From Haliotis rubra (taxonomy: Eukaryota), in assembly GCF_003918875.1 (NCBI RefSeq), contig NW_025766997.1, forward strand, positions 620,001 to 684,000: a stretch of 64,000 nt of DNA. Direction: 5' to 3'. A program made the translations under genes and the position numbers. The notes beneath the pieces are model-generated. The model worked only from the letters and a program-made list of their open reading frames with translations, was not told the DNA's origin and did not search any database. This document shows positions 12,891 to 25,931 of this stretch, in pieces; the first letter of the stretch is position 1, and every line of letters begins with the position of its first letter.

Positions 12891-14302
12891 CCACATGTGT
12901 CACATGTGCTTCCCCTTACTTGAGGGTTTCTTAGTATTCATACAATCCTCATGATGGGACCACTGGGTGACACTGTTGTCTACAAGATGACAATTAGCAT
13001 ATAAGATATGCTTAGTTTAACAATTCCCTGTGAGCAATGGTTGTTATTTTTATGTCAAGGCTTGTTTAGCTTACAGCTTCTCTAATATTTAATACACACC
13101 TGTGAATATGTATGCCTTTCTTGAAAGCCAGATTTTTTTATTCTGCTCACTTTAATGTTTGACCTACCCAGATTTTGAAAAAATTCGGATTGTGAAAAAA
13201 CACAGAAAGGAAATTGAGTCACATCTCTTTGAAGTAATGACCCTGCTCTTCGGTTATCATCTTCTTCTTGAGCTTCTCTTCTTTCACGCTATGTTACGAA
13301 CTCAAAGTTCCAAATCTGAGGTCTATGTGACATGAAGGTAAGAACAATGCCCAACACGCCTTTGTGTTCTCACAAAACAAATAGCTCTATCTGTTAAGCT
13401 GTGAAGTCGTAGTTATTAAAATCTCATGTATCTTCTCCATCATTATCAATGTAAATTACACTTTTGAGTAAACACAATTCGATTTTTTCCCAAGGAACAA
13501 TGAAACGAAAACATTCCCCTTTTTAAAAGAAATGCCATATTCATTACCTAAATTTAAATTCCAAACTTTTCCCCATGTCCTGAAATTTAAAATACAGCTA
13601 TGGACTAATGATCCCTGAATAAATCTCTCGTGCTTTTGACACCCCTTGTGTGACCCCCATAAGATATGACCTCCTCCTGTCATAGATAGCATGTCCATTT
13701 CAAGAGAATAAAGGCATTATCAGCGACAAAATTCTTCAACTCCTTAACCCCTAGTCTCTCGTCATGTTCCCATGTCTCAACTGATAAGAGTCCGATATGG
13801 AGACCTTGTTGTGGTTGTAAATTCAGATAAATAATAGGCTATATGAGCAACTATGCCCTTCCCTAAAGCATATTTCTAGACAAGCCATGTGTTACCATAT
13901 GCTGACTTCTAGGTGTCTTCCTGGTTTGAAATGAACTCGCCCACTTACATTATTTAATGTTGGTTATAATTTAACGGTATGTTAAACAGACAGGTTAAGT
14001 TATTCACAATATGCTGTAATATTTATATATTGTACAGTTCATGTAATAAAGTCAAATATCAGGAGGAGATGACAAATAATTAATTCTTCTCGAGCAGTTT
14101 GAAAATGATCAAATTCACACACACATATAACCTTCTTGTGACTGACTCTAAAATATTTAAGAGATTTATCCAGTTTGCAATATATTGACTACAAATATTT
14201 CTAAAATTGTAATATTATATCAAATATTTATTACATCATAATTGTTCAGTCTTTCTTCATAAAAAATAACATTTCAGTTTCATGGCATCTACTTCATATA
14301 TA

Positions 14303-14431
14303 TACTGGACAAAAATAGTTAGGGATATATGTAATTTTTGAAATTATGAATAATGATCTATTTATTCACTGACACACTGATAAAATATCAATCATGAAAA
14401 TACCAATATCCCTAACTTATTTTGTCCAGTA
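14303..14431. mobile_element. 129-bp Tc1-like MITE, copy 1
   Basis: TIR TACTGGACAAAAATAGTTAGGGATAT / ATATCCCTAACTTATTTTGTCCAGTA, TA flanks; near-identical copy at 55814. Confidence 0.9.
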
Positions 14432-16789
14432 TATTTGTAGATGCTATACATGCAAGCATCTGACTCTGTAGCTGCAGAGAGCATGAAGAGCATGATTTTA
14501 ATGAGATTAAACTGGATCAAACTATAACCAAATCTTATACATTTGCATGTCAACTTCGTGAAAACTGAAACCTATTCATTTGCATATCAACTTCAAGAAA
14601 ACCACAATAATCTCTTATCTCGTAACGCCACAGAAAAGATTTCTCTGTGTGATAAACTCCTGTTTCTCTCATCCATACACTCTCTGTGTCGTTAGTTCAC
14701 TGCTCGCTGAGACCTCTTAAAGTCTGCTAGGAACATTTTCTGCCTGATTAAAAGCCTCCTTGAAGGAAAACCCACCCAAATATTTATCAAATGAAATCAC
14801 ACCTTCAAAATCAAAGCTTTGAAATCTACCACACACACTTAAGACGTCAAGACAAAATTTACAACTCCAGGCTCTTGCTAAATAATAACTCATAACACTT
14901 TGTTAGATCATGACACAGGCTGGCCTTCATGTATAAACAACTTACTTCAAAGGTTTAACCATTAACTTCCAAATCACTTGAAGTATACCCATCAAAGGTA
15001 AACATATAATCTTGACAAATTTATGCTGTACATTTCATTAGATATCAACCAGTAGCATCTATTCACGTAAAGAAGTTAAGAAAATGTTCTTTTTTATCAA
15101 TGCTATACAGTTCTGAGAGGGAGATTGTGTGACTAGATACGTGTCAGAACTTGTAATATCTTACAGTGTTTACCTAACACAGAACGCAGGCATGATACCA
15201 ACATGGTATCATTTCACACAGATGATAACACGCCATTAAAGCAAAATGTACATCAATTGCTAATTGCACATCTAACAAGTGCAACATCCCTTCAAATAAC
15301 TTTCTAAGGAGATAGACATGATAGCACATTAAGCTTACTTACACATTAATATTTACGAGAAATCAAATCTCAGAATACCCAAAACCTCATTTTGACTTCA
15401 TTTCCTTAATGCATGTGGTGATTAATGTTAATTTATTAACTCATAATTTCAGTTAACAATTGTTTTAAAATTCTTCTAATTAGATATCATAATAAATTTA
15501 AGTTCACATCTTCATATATTCATAATATATGAATATTCATAACAAAATAACCTCATTAATATTCAGAGGCTTGGATGATCCCCTTGCAGTATCCCATGCT
15601 TGGTTTATAATGAGTGAGTGAGTCGTTTATTGCTGCTCCTGTTATATCACAGAATGTCAGCTTGATCTGGGAAGAAAATCTAAAGTGAGGTCACAGAAGT
15701 TCACAACTTCTATCAAACAATCAACATTGGATTGTGAATTTGGAACAGTTAACATTTGTTTAGGTGTGAGAAAATCCAAGGAGATGTACATTTACATGAA
15801 AGTTTCCAGCCATGATCTAAAGAACTGATTCATATCATTCCTTGACTCCTAGTGAACTCTTATGTCTCAGTGAGCATAACAAACAAATAAGCATTATTCA
15901 TCTTCATGCCTGTTTCCTTGAAGCGCTTCATGTACAAACATATTAAGGAGGAAAAAATTAAAATAATTTTCTGCACAATGTAAATATGGAGACATTTACA
16001 AACATTAACATTTTAACATTCACTAGTTTCAAAGCACCTGTTGAACATTATGGCCATAAAAAGTCTTCCTTAAAAGCTTAAAGCTATTAAGATTTTAATT
16101 CAAAAACATGAAAGAACACTTATATACTTGAAGTAGGTCATGATCTGGTATTTAAAGTATCAAGTGTCATGTAAAAACAGAACATGCAAACAGGCCTTGA
16201 CTCATATGTCTGCTACCACCCAATTATCACAAGAAAAAAACTGTCAAAGTCTTAGGAAACAACACTGGGCTACAGTGTACACGGAATCTTACACTGTTTC
16301 TTGAGAACAGCTGAGTTTTTTGATGCGGCAGTGTGGCAGACACCGCCAATTAACCTTTGTCTCAGTGACTGCAGCATGGTAGTCAGAGAAAAGTGCATCT
16401 CAAATGTTCACATTTGTTGTCCGACTCTTCCGGCATGAAATCTACAACAACAGCTGCAGTTGCCATGAATGCTGCTGTTGCTGCTAGAATGAAGATGTCG
16501 TTACTGTTGATGGTGTAAAATGAACGGCAACATCTACTGTAGAACAGTTCCTCCTGATCCATCTTCTACTCTGTCTGCACTCTACAGGAGACTTTTACCA
16601 TAACTGTTACTTCTTCAATAGGCCTGTGTCTCCAGTAAACCTTTTACTATCATTGCTATGTCTTCAGTGGACTCATGTGTCCGGGTGGACTTGTTATTTC
16701 TACATTGACTTCTACCGTAGACCTATTGTGACTAGATCATGTTCGCTCTTGTTGTTGCTGCTACAGCTCTTACTAGAGTAAAAACTACA

Positions 16790-17135
16790 ATAAGTACAAC
16801 TTCGACAACTACAATCTACAACTTCTACTACTACTACCACCACCACCACCACCACTACTACTACCACTACCACTACCACTGCTGCTGCTACTGCTATTAC
16901 AGCTTTGACAACTATAGTCTGTCTCACAGTCCCTGAACCACATTATTTTCCCCATTGCCTAGCCTCAGGTTCTGAATCTCCCATCTCACTGGGGCTCCTT
17001 TTAAAATCAAATGAGATTATCAAAATTATATATATTCGGAGACTTAGCGTTCGCTTACTACTACTACCATCACCACCACCACCACCACCACAACCATCAC
17101 CACCACCACCACAACCATCACCACCACCACCACTA
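16790..17135. repeat. Compound trinucleotide microsatellite (CTA/CCA/CTG)n interrupted by a family C element
   Basis: Direct inspection. Confidence 0.85.
16915..17057 (+). mobile_element. Family C (TAG..CTA, Academ-like) element, internally deleted
   Basis: TAGTCTGTCTCACAGTCCCTGAACCACATTATTTTCCC start shared with 37691, 38335, 46495 and 49815. Confidence 0.75.
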
Positions 17136-17409
17136 CAAAACAGGTTATCACTGTCATGTCTTCATAATGATAAACATCCCTGAATGCACTGACCACACTG
17201 GTCGTAAGCCATTCATACATCACAAACGTCCAGTCCTTATCCTGAACCTGCTGAAGCTACTGCATCAGTACCACCACTGATAAGCTATACCTTCAACACA
17301 GTCTGCTTATCAATGTCCATTTATAATCACAGCCACTAAACCCACACTACTCTTCATTCACATAAGCCCCCTTTCTTCTGCCTCCTTTACATAGAGAGCA
17401 ACCTCCACC

Positions 17410-18640
17410 TGCGTCTTGACCCCTACACCGTCCCTTCCAGCACCTACAGAACCAGCTTCAACAAACCCACACTCACCAGGGAGATATTGTCTCACCCCTA
17501 CACCATCCCCTCCCACACCTACATAACCAGCTTCAACAAGCCCACACTCACCAGGGAGGTATTGTCTCACCCCTACACCGTCCCCTCCCACACCTACATA
17601 ACCAGCTTCAACAAGCCCACACACCCCAGGGAGGTGGTCTCACCCTCACCCCTCCCCTCACCTGCACAACCAGCTTTAACAAACCCACACTCACCAGGGA
17701 GGTATTGTCTCACCCCTACACCGTCCCCTCCCACACCTACATAACCAGCTTTAACAAACCCACACTCACCAGGGAGGTATTGTCTCACCCCTACACCGTC
17801 CCCTCCCACACCTACATAACCAGCTTCAACAAACACACACTCACCAGAGGGTATTGTCTAGCCACCCTACACCATCCCTCCACACCTACATAGGTATTGT
17901 CCAGCTTCAACCTACAAACCCACACTCACCAGTGAGGTATCGTCTCACCCCTACACCGTCCCCTCCCACACCTACACAACCAGCTTCAACAAACCCACAC
18001 TCACCAGGGAGGTACTGTCCTGACCCCACCATCCCCTCCCACACCTACACAACCAGCTTCAACAAACCCACACTCACCAGGGAGGGTACTGTCCTGACCC
18101 ACCATCCCCCCCACACCTACACAACCAGCTTCAACAAACCCACACTCACCAGGGAGGTATTGTCCTGACCCCACCATCCCCTCCCACACCTACACAACCA
18201 GCTTCAACAAACCCACACTCACCAGGGAGGTATTGTCCTGACCCCACCATCCCCTCCCACACCTACACAACCAGCTTCAACAAACCCACACTCACCAGGG
18301 AGGTATTGTCCTGACCCACCATCCCTCCCACACCTACACAACCAGCTTCAACAAGCCCACACTCACCAGGGAGGTATTGTCCTGACCCCACCATCCCCTC
18401 CCACACCTAAACAACAAGCTTCAACAAACCCACACTCACCAGGGAGGTACTGTCCTGACCCCACCATCCCCTCCCACACCTACACAACCAGCTTCAACAA
18501 ACCCACACTCACCAGGGAGGTACTGTCCTGACCCCACCATCCCCTCCCACACCTACACAACCAGCTTCAACAAACCCACGCTCACCAGGGAGGTACTGTC
18601 CTGACCCCACCATCCCCTCCCACACCTACACAACAAGCCT
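17410..18640. repeat. 73-75-bp C-rich minisatellite (~16 units)
   Basis: Unit ACCAGCTTCAACAAACCCACACTCACCAGGGAGGTATTGTC...CCCTCCCACACCTACACA; period 75 on the left, 73 on the right. Confidence 0.95.
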
Positions 18641-19577
18641 TATCATCCAACCCACACTTTCCTGTATCTCTTGATATTTTGACTGTTACTCAATCCAGGC
18701 ATTATCTAATATCTCGTGCAGTTAGGGAGGCTTGTTGTTAGTAATATCAGCCTTATCTTACAGCTACTCTATTAGAAACAACCAAATTTATTTCTGTAGG
18801 ATCATGTACCTTGTGTCAACAATAGGCAGCAGATCAGTATCTGTGATTGCCAAGTTCTTATTTTCTATACCAAGTCTCTCTTGGGTGTCAGCCAGCTGGG
18901 TTCCAAAATTGGCACAAGATAAATAAATTGTGTTTATTTCAGCATTGTCTTAATTTCCATTCCAATTTTCTGCGATACTTCAAAATAAATACACCATAGC
19001 CTTGGCACTGAGTGGAAATACGCGGAATTCAATTTCACATTTTTGCCATTATGACTCCCATACACTTCTCAGCAGGGGGAAATTCTGCGGACGACCGTTT
19101 TACAGCTAGGAACTTTACAGCATCCGAACAGCATTGTTTCTTGGGTAAAGACGTTGGACCTATTATCTTGATGGCATAACTGTTTGGGTTCTTTGCAAAT
19201 AAACACAGAGGTACTGGCATTTGGCTGATATACGTATCTCTTCAATTCTACGCATATTCCAAAACATGGTGCAGGTGGGTACCATTTTACATGATAGGTC
19301 TGAAGTTGCTTAAAAAATAGTCGTAATCGTGCATTTTGTGCTAATGTAATGATCCCTTTGGCTAAATATGGCACGTATGTCGTACTGAATTCCTGACCTT
19401 GTTATGTTCGTACACAAAGTGTTCAAGAATAACACGTCTTGCTCTCATGCTTCGGAAGATGTTCCGTTGAAGCCAGGAGTATTATGAAGCACCTGTTTCA
19501 AAATGTTTGTTCCAAAACATGTACGAGGCATATGATACATCATATGATACATATGAATCATAACTGGTGAGAGAAGC

Positions 19578-19700
19578 ACTGTGAGTGTAACGCCACTTTT
19601 AGAAACATTCAAGTTATATCACTTGTACCCATGTGGGAATGAAACCCAGACTTTTGGCAAGATGACTATGACTTTAACCATTAGGCTACCCTACTGTCCC
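19578..19700 (-). mobile_element. SINE family A, degenerate
   Basis: Reverse-complement similarity (TTTAACCATTAGGCTACCC, GTACCCATGTGGGAAT). Confidence 0.65.
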
Positions 19701-19865
19701 ATGTGGGGTAGATGTACCCAGGCATATGTCGTACATATGATCTATATTAATTCTGCCTGAGATTTGAGGTAATTTTTCTAATATCAGCTGAATAAAAATA
19801 GATACAACAATTGACATTTTGTAAATTCATGCCAATTCAATCCATATCGATTATCACACAATTTG

Positions 19866-20846
19866 GAGTGAGTGAGTGAGCGAGTTTAGTTTTATGCCAC
19901 ACTCAGCAATATTTCAGCTATATGGCGGAGGTCTGTAAATACTGTAAACGTAGTATATTTCGCGCAGGTTTTATTTTCGCGCAAAACATTTTAGCGCGAA
20001 AAATTATACACCGCGAATAAACCTGTCATTCATTCAGTCTAGCCACGGTCGCCCCTGAGTTGTTACCATAACACATCACGTTTGAAGACAGAAATCTACG
20101 GGAATCTTAAAATGACGACTGATAGTAGCATACAGAATCAAACTTTACTGTCGCTGTAATGGATTTCCCAAAACATAATTAAATAATGAGCCAAATCGCA
20201 TTGCCGAATTAGCGAAAACAGCAATGTGTGTTGTGGCCGCCATGGAAATTGGTCACATGACAGATGGTTTGATACAAAACAGATTACCACGAAACGACTC
20301 GGAAAGAAATAATACAGCAGTATTTTATTTATTCATTTAGATACAAACGTATCATCATGAAGCAAATAGTCACTAACACTCAATCATCTCATTCACAACA
20401 ACCCGGCTTGTTTGAAATCACAAAGAGCTTCATATACAGTATAAGTTAATTAGTCAGATCGTCAGAATTCGGGAACATAATACTGATGTGTTTTTCATCT
20501 CTTCCGGGTTACTGTGTACTAGTATATCGCACAGATAGGGATTTCCTGTGAGTAAGTAATAAACGCCGCCTGACAGGTTCAGCCACTCTGTTTGTTTTCA
20601 CTGCTATTAGTGGCGGCCAAAGCGACAGCTGGCAGTTCCGGCAATTACTGCTTGCGCGAATAATTGACCGTGCGATGTAGTCTAAACTGTCAATTCCGCG
20701 AACATTGCACCACGCGAAAATAAGTACGTTTACAGTAATCAAGTCTGGACCAGACAATTCAGTGATCAACAGCATGAGCATCTATCTGCGCAATTGGGAA
20801 CCGATGACATGTGTCAACCAAGCCAGCCAGCCTGACCTTCACGGGT
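19866..20846 (-). mobile_element. SINE-like family B copy, split by a MITE, head internally deleted
   Basis: Tail 19866-19941 and body 20736-20846 are collinear with the 22603 copy; the 5' end reads ACCCGTGAAGGTC|AGGCTGGCTGG. Confidence 0.85.
19942..20735. mobile_element. TA-TSD MITE (Tc1/mariner-like) inserted in a family B element
   Basis: TIR CTGTAAACGTAGTATATTTCGCG / CGCGAAAATAAGTACGTTTACAG; TA duplicated; removing it restores the host sequence GTCTGTAAATAATC. Confidence 0.9.
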
Positions 20847-21211
20847 TCATACAATTTGGAATGCCATACAGAAATAAACATTGTTCAAATGCAAATAACA
20901 TTTTAAATTTAATATTTTCTTTTTTTCATAATTGCTGCTTCATTTTAAATATACAACCATAACCACTATTCATGTTTAAAAAAAATATTTTGAAATTAAA
21001 GAATGCTCAGTTATTAAGTATAGAGCAGGTAGAAATCTTTAATTCAGCACAAAGACCGATGTTTGTTTGATGTGAAGGAATGGACAGAAAATGATTAATG
21101 TCAGGTAGATTCTTCTATTAGACATGAGCAATGTTGGCCAATTCTTCTATTTCTTATAGGGGGATTCCTGCAGACAATAATTTCCAAATCCATCTTGGCT
21201 TGGTTCTTTGA

Positions 21212-21378
21212 GTGAGTGAGTGAGTTGGGTTTTACGCCGCTTTTAGCAATATTCCAGCAATATCACGGTGGGGGACACCATAAATGGGCTTCACACATTG
21301 TGCCAATGTTGGGAATCGAACGCAGGTCTTTAGCGTGACGAGCGAACGTCTTAACCACTAGGCTATCCCACCATTCCC
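21212..21378 (-). mobile_element. SINE family A with TSD
   Basis: Full length; TSD TGGTTCTTTGA (21201-21211, 21379-21389). Confidence 0.9.
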
Positions 21379-22602
21379 TGGTTCTTTGAACACAACTGAT
21401 AGACAGATGGACACTAATGCATGACTGCCATGTTTTACTCATCATCATCATGTTATAACTATTAGAATTATTCAGCCTCTTTACCTATGTGGTTAATTGA
21501 ATTGAATCATGTCAAATTCATTGTGTACTAGTGTGCAACCAGCATTCATTTTGTGCATATTATTATTGTGCATATTTTTGTGAATTGTGTTTACATTCAT
21601 TTTGAGACCGTTTTGATGCAAAAACAATTCCTCAGGGATACTAATGTTATGTCTTAGATGTGATATTGGAACAATGTTCAACATGATCCAGGTGTATGTC
21701 TGTGTACCATGTTGATAAATCTAGGCTCATAATCAGGCCTTCGAATCAGCTGAATTTGTTCGACAAGTGCACTAACATATAACTTCACACACACCCCTCC
21801 AATAAAGAAACAGCCATCTTGCGTCTAAGAATACTTACTGGAACAAATTTTCCATTTCCTGTTTAAAAACTATACCAAATTTCTGGAGTTTTTTTATATG
21901 CAATCCTGACGTCACTCCATGACATATTATGCAGTTGCCCACACATGACAGTTCAGAGCTCATGTATTTCCAGATGAGAGGTACGGAAAGAGTGTACCAA
22001 GTGTCATGCGAAGCCCCTTAACGAGGAAGGCGTAATCATTTCACAATCAGACCTACTCTACCACATCAAGACGAGATAAGTCCGGAGATATTCACACACA
22101 TTTGTGTAATTTATCTCCACTGAAATGCAGTATGCCTGAACTTGAGATGTTTAACTCAGCAACTGTTGAAGCAAAAAGGTGACTGAAGGAGGCGAAAATG
22201 TCTGAAGTCGGATGTAAAACTGAAGTGACATGTTTTCTTATAAGACTTTGGCAGTGGGCGTGGCTCATTAGGACGGAGTGAGAGGGTGTGGTTTTGTAAA
22301 TGGGGTGAATGACATGTTTGTTTCCAGCTGAGATTAAAGTGAGTGTTATTATTATGTGTGCTATCTACTAGCTGGTCATGAGAAGGGGGGTGGGGTGGGG
22401 GGTTGGTGGTTTGTTTTTTTTGTTGAGGGGAAGGGGATGGAGAGGGGAGGAAGGGGTTGAGGGGGTTAGAAAGAAGGGTTGTTGTCCATTAGGTTAGGTG
22501 GGGCTTGTGGGCTTGTTGGTGGAAACAGAACATGTTGTTTGATGAAGTGCTTGCTGGTAAAAGTGTTAGTTGTTGGTAAAGGTGGTGGTATGTGTTAGTA
22601 GA

Positions 22603-22864
22603 GTGAGTGAGTTTAGTTTTACGCCGCACTCAGCAATATTCCAGCTATATGGTGGCGGTCTGTAAATAATCGAGTCTGGACCAGATAATCCAGTGATCAA
22701 CAGCATGAGCATCATCTGCGCAATTGGGAACCAATGACATGTGTCAACCAAGTCAGCGAGCCTGACCACCCGATCCATTAGTCGCCTCTTAAGATAAGCA
22801 TAGTCGCCTTTTGTGGCAAGCATGGGTTGCTGAAGACCTATTCTACCCTGGATCTTCACGGGTC
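22603..22864 (-). mobile_element. SINE-like family B, full length, no tRNA head
   Basis: 14-bp TSD TATGTGTTAGTAGA (22589-22602, 22865-22878); starts GACCCGTGAAGATCC; ends with the family A-like tail and (CACT)n. Confidence 0.9.
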
Positions 22865-22962
22865 TATGTGTTAGTAGAAGTGGAAGTGGAATTGTTTGGA
22901 GAAGTGATATGTGTCTTACATGCTGGTTGGAAGTGGTTCATGTGGGCAGAAGTGGTACTTGA

Positions 22963-23128
22963 GTAAGTGAGTGAGTTAAGTTTTACGCCGCTTTTAGCAA
23001 TATTCCAGCAATATCACAGCGGGAGACACCAGAAATGGGCTTCACACATTGTGCCCATGTGGGGAATCGAACCCGGGTCTTTGGCGTGACGAGCGAACGC
23101 CTTAACCATTAGGCTACCCCACCGCCCC
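22963..23128 (-). mobile_element. SINE family A with TSD
   Basis: Near consensus; TSD AGTGGTACTTGA (22951-22962, 23129-23140). Confidence 0.92.
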
Positions 23129-23239
23129 AGTGGTACTTGATGGTAGAAGGGGTACATATATATTGGTAGAAGGAGTACATATTGCTAGAAGAGGTACATA
23201 TTGCTAGAAGTGGTACTTGATCGAAGTGGTACGTAGGTA

Positions 23240-24022
23240 AAAGTGGCACATATTGGCAGACCTGTTCATATAGGTAGGTAAAAGTGGTACATATTGGCAG
23301 ACATGTTCATATAGGTAGGTAGAAATGGTACATATTGGTAGACATGTTCATATAGGTAGGTAAAAGTGGCACATATTGGTAGACATGATCATATAGGTAG
23401 GCAAAAGTGGCACATATTGGTAGACATGTTCATATAGATAGGTAGAAGTGGTACATATTGGTAGACATGTTCATATAGGTAGGTAAAAGTGGCACATATT
23501 GGTAAGACATGTTCATATAGGTAGGTAAAAGTGGCACATATTGGTAGACATGTTCATATAGGTAGGTAAAAGTAGTACATATCGGTAGACATGTTCATAT
23601 AGGTAGGTGGAAGTGGTACATATTGGAAGACATGTTCATATAGGTATGTAAAAGTGGCACATATTGGTAGCCATGTTCATATAGGTAGGTAAAAGTGGTA
23701 CATATCGGTAGACATGTTCATATAGGTAGGTAAAAGTGGTACATATTGGAAGACATGTTCATATAGGTAGGTAAAAGTGGCACATATTGGTAGACATGTT
23801 CATATAGGTAGGTAAAAGTGGTACATATTGGTAGACATGTTCATATATGTAGGTAGGAATGGTACACATTGGAAGACATGTTCATATAGGTATGTAAAAG
23901 TGGCACATATTGGTAGAAATGTTCATACAGGTAGGTAAAAGTTGTACATATTGGTAAACATGTTCATATAGGTAGGTAGAAATGGTACATATTGGTAGAC
24001 ATGTTCATATAGGTAGGTAGAA
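23240..24022. repeat. 41-bp minisatellite (~19 units)
   Basis: Unit ATATTGGTAGACATGTTCATATAGGTAGGTAAAAGTGGCAC. Confidence 0.95.
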
Positions 24023-24739
24023 GCGGTAATTATGATGGAGCACTGGGTGGCATTCATTGTCAACACACAGACAGGTTTACATATCATGGCAGTAAAATCA
24101 GTACACATGATATTAAATCAAGTCGAAATTGACAGCTTCTAAGGAGGTAATGTTTTAAAAACATAAGCGATCTGACATTTATCCACATTTACGTACTGTT
24201 TGTCTAGCAGAGATGAGCAGTTCACCTGCCCAGCATTACAGCAGGGGTACTAAAAAAAATTGAAAACTCCAAACGCCAAAATTCTTCCAAAACTTTCAGA
24301 AAGAGCAAGTGTTGCTGCCAAACGGCAATTACTATACCACTTGTTGTAGACTGTGTTTCAAGCATGGTGTTTTCACTCAACAGATTCTTTCAAAGTACAC
24401 ACTGCAACCTGTTTCAAGAACAGCGAATATTTGGCGAGAGATGAAACGACTTTTTGTGCGGTAGATGCAGTTGCAGATGAGCCATGGCGGCCGCAGCTGG
24501 CTCGACATCTGTTATTCCTTAACAATCTATAGCTTCTGCACATCCCTTGAAGCCGCCACAACATAACATGTTGTTATTGTCTGACTTGCAATGTCTTCTT
24601 GAATGCGATGCCACAATGAGTTACATACTGTACCTCATAAAACCTCATAAGGCACCACCACCACTACAACCATTGTCAGCGTCGTCATCAACATCATCAT
24701 TAGCATCATCATTTTCCTTGATAACTTTGGTGAGTGGGT

Positions 24740-24947
24740 NNNNNNNNNNNNNNNNNNNNNNNNNNNNNNNNNNNNNNNNNNNNNNNNNNNNNNNNNNNNN
24801 NNNNNNNNNNNNNNNNNNNNNNNNNNNNNNNNNNNNNNNNNNNNNNNNNNNNNNNNNNNNNNNNNNNNNNNNNNNNNNNNNNNNNNNNNNNNNNNNNNNN
24901 NNNNNNNNNNNNNNNNNNNNNNNNNNNNNNNNNNNNNNNNNNNNNNN
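24740..24947. other. Assembly gap (N run) inside a SINE A copy
   Basis: 208 N; SINE tail on the left (24730-24739), SINE body on the right (24948-25075). Confidence 0.99.
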
Positions 24948-25472
24948 CTTTTACCAATATCCCAGCAATACCACGGCAGGGGACACCAGAAATGGGCTTT
25001 ACACATTGTGCACATGTGGGGAATCGAACCCGGGTCTGGTGTGACAAGTGATCACTTTAACCACTAGGCTACCCTACAACAATCATCAGAACTCTCATGG
25101 ATGTTATTGACCCTTTACTAAGTAGATGATTCTAATGGCATAACCCCTGACCTTATTGACAAGCACTTTGATCTCAATTAGTCTTTGAACTGGTCTTTTT
25201 TCCATTATCCGACCTTTACCTAAGTTAATTGACATATTTATACGTCACACTGACAACACCATATAGATAGGGCAGGTTTGATAAATAAATATATCATGTG
25301 GTTATGAGCCATGTATTATTTAAGTAAGTAGTGGTAATGTAAATATATCATACACCATATATTAAAGGAGAAAAAACGTACACACTAAAAATTATTAATT
25401 TTATTCTTATTGTGGAGTATAAGTCAATTGTAATATTCCATATCCTACGTGTACATAACCTTTGCCATATAC

Positions 25473-25641
25473 TGACTGACTGACTGAGTTAAGTTTTACA
25501 CAGCTTTTAGCAATATTCCAGCAATATCACGGCGGGGGACACCAGAAATGGGCTTAACACATTGTGCCCATGTGGGGAATCGAACCCGAGTCTTCGGCGT
25601 GACGAGCCAACGCTTTAACCACTAGGCTACCCCACCGCCCC
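25473..25641 (-). mobile_element. SINE family A, (CAGT)n-tail subfamily
   Basis: TSD TTGCCATATAC (25462-25472, 25642-25652). Confidence 0.92.
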
Positions 25642-25784
25642 TTGCCATATACAACTCACTACAATGGAATATACTTCAATCCACCTACTAGAAATGTACG
25701 AGTGAGGAGTGACAGAAAGTAGTTACATCTATCAGTAACATCTCAACAATATCTATGTAATATTACAGACTGCTTACAGCATCA

Positions 25785-25931
25785 GGGGCGGTAGAGTAGT
25801 CAAGTGGTCAAAGCGTTCGCTCATCACGACGAAGACCCGGGTTCAATTCCCCACATGGGTACAGTGTTTGTTGTCCCTCGCCGTGATGATTGTGATATTG
25901 CTAAAAGCAGTGTAAAACCATACTCACTCAC
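25785..25931 (+). mobile_element. SINE family A, internally deleted
   Basis: Head GGGGCGGTAGAGTAG...GGTTCAATTCC and tail CCATACTCACTCAC. Confidence 0.8.

Noticed and set aside
16712-17280. Poly-Val, poly-His and poly-Pro ORFs
   Set aside because: Trinucleotide microsatellites flanking a family C element.
17358-17836. Gly/Val-rich repeat ORFs resembling shell-matrix proteins
   Set aside because: Product of a 75-bp minisatellite; the frame breaks where units become 73 bp.
18960-19500. CpG-richer segment with 61- and 101-aa minus-strand ORFs
   Set aside because: No recognisable domain, termini or consistent splice structure.
22963-23128. SINE A heads as real tRNA-Asp genes
   Set aside because: No intact acceptor stem or terminator; always fused to a constant body and tail and flanked by TSDs.
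24547-25051. ORFs spanning N runs (also 47921-48355)
   Set aside because: Artefacts of assembly gaps.
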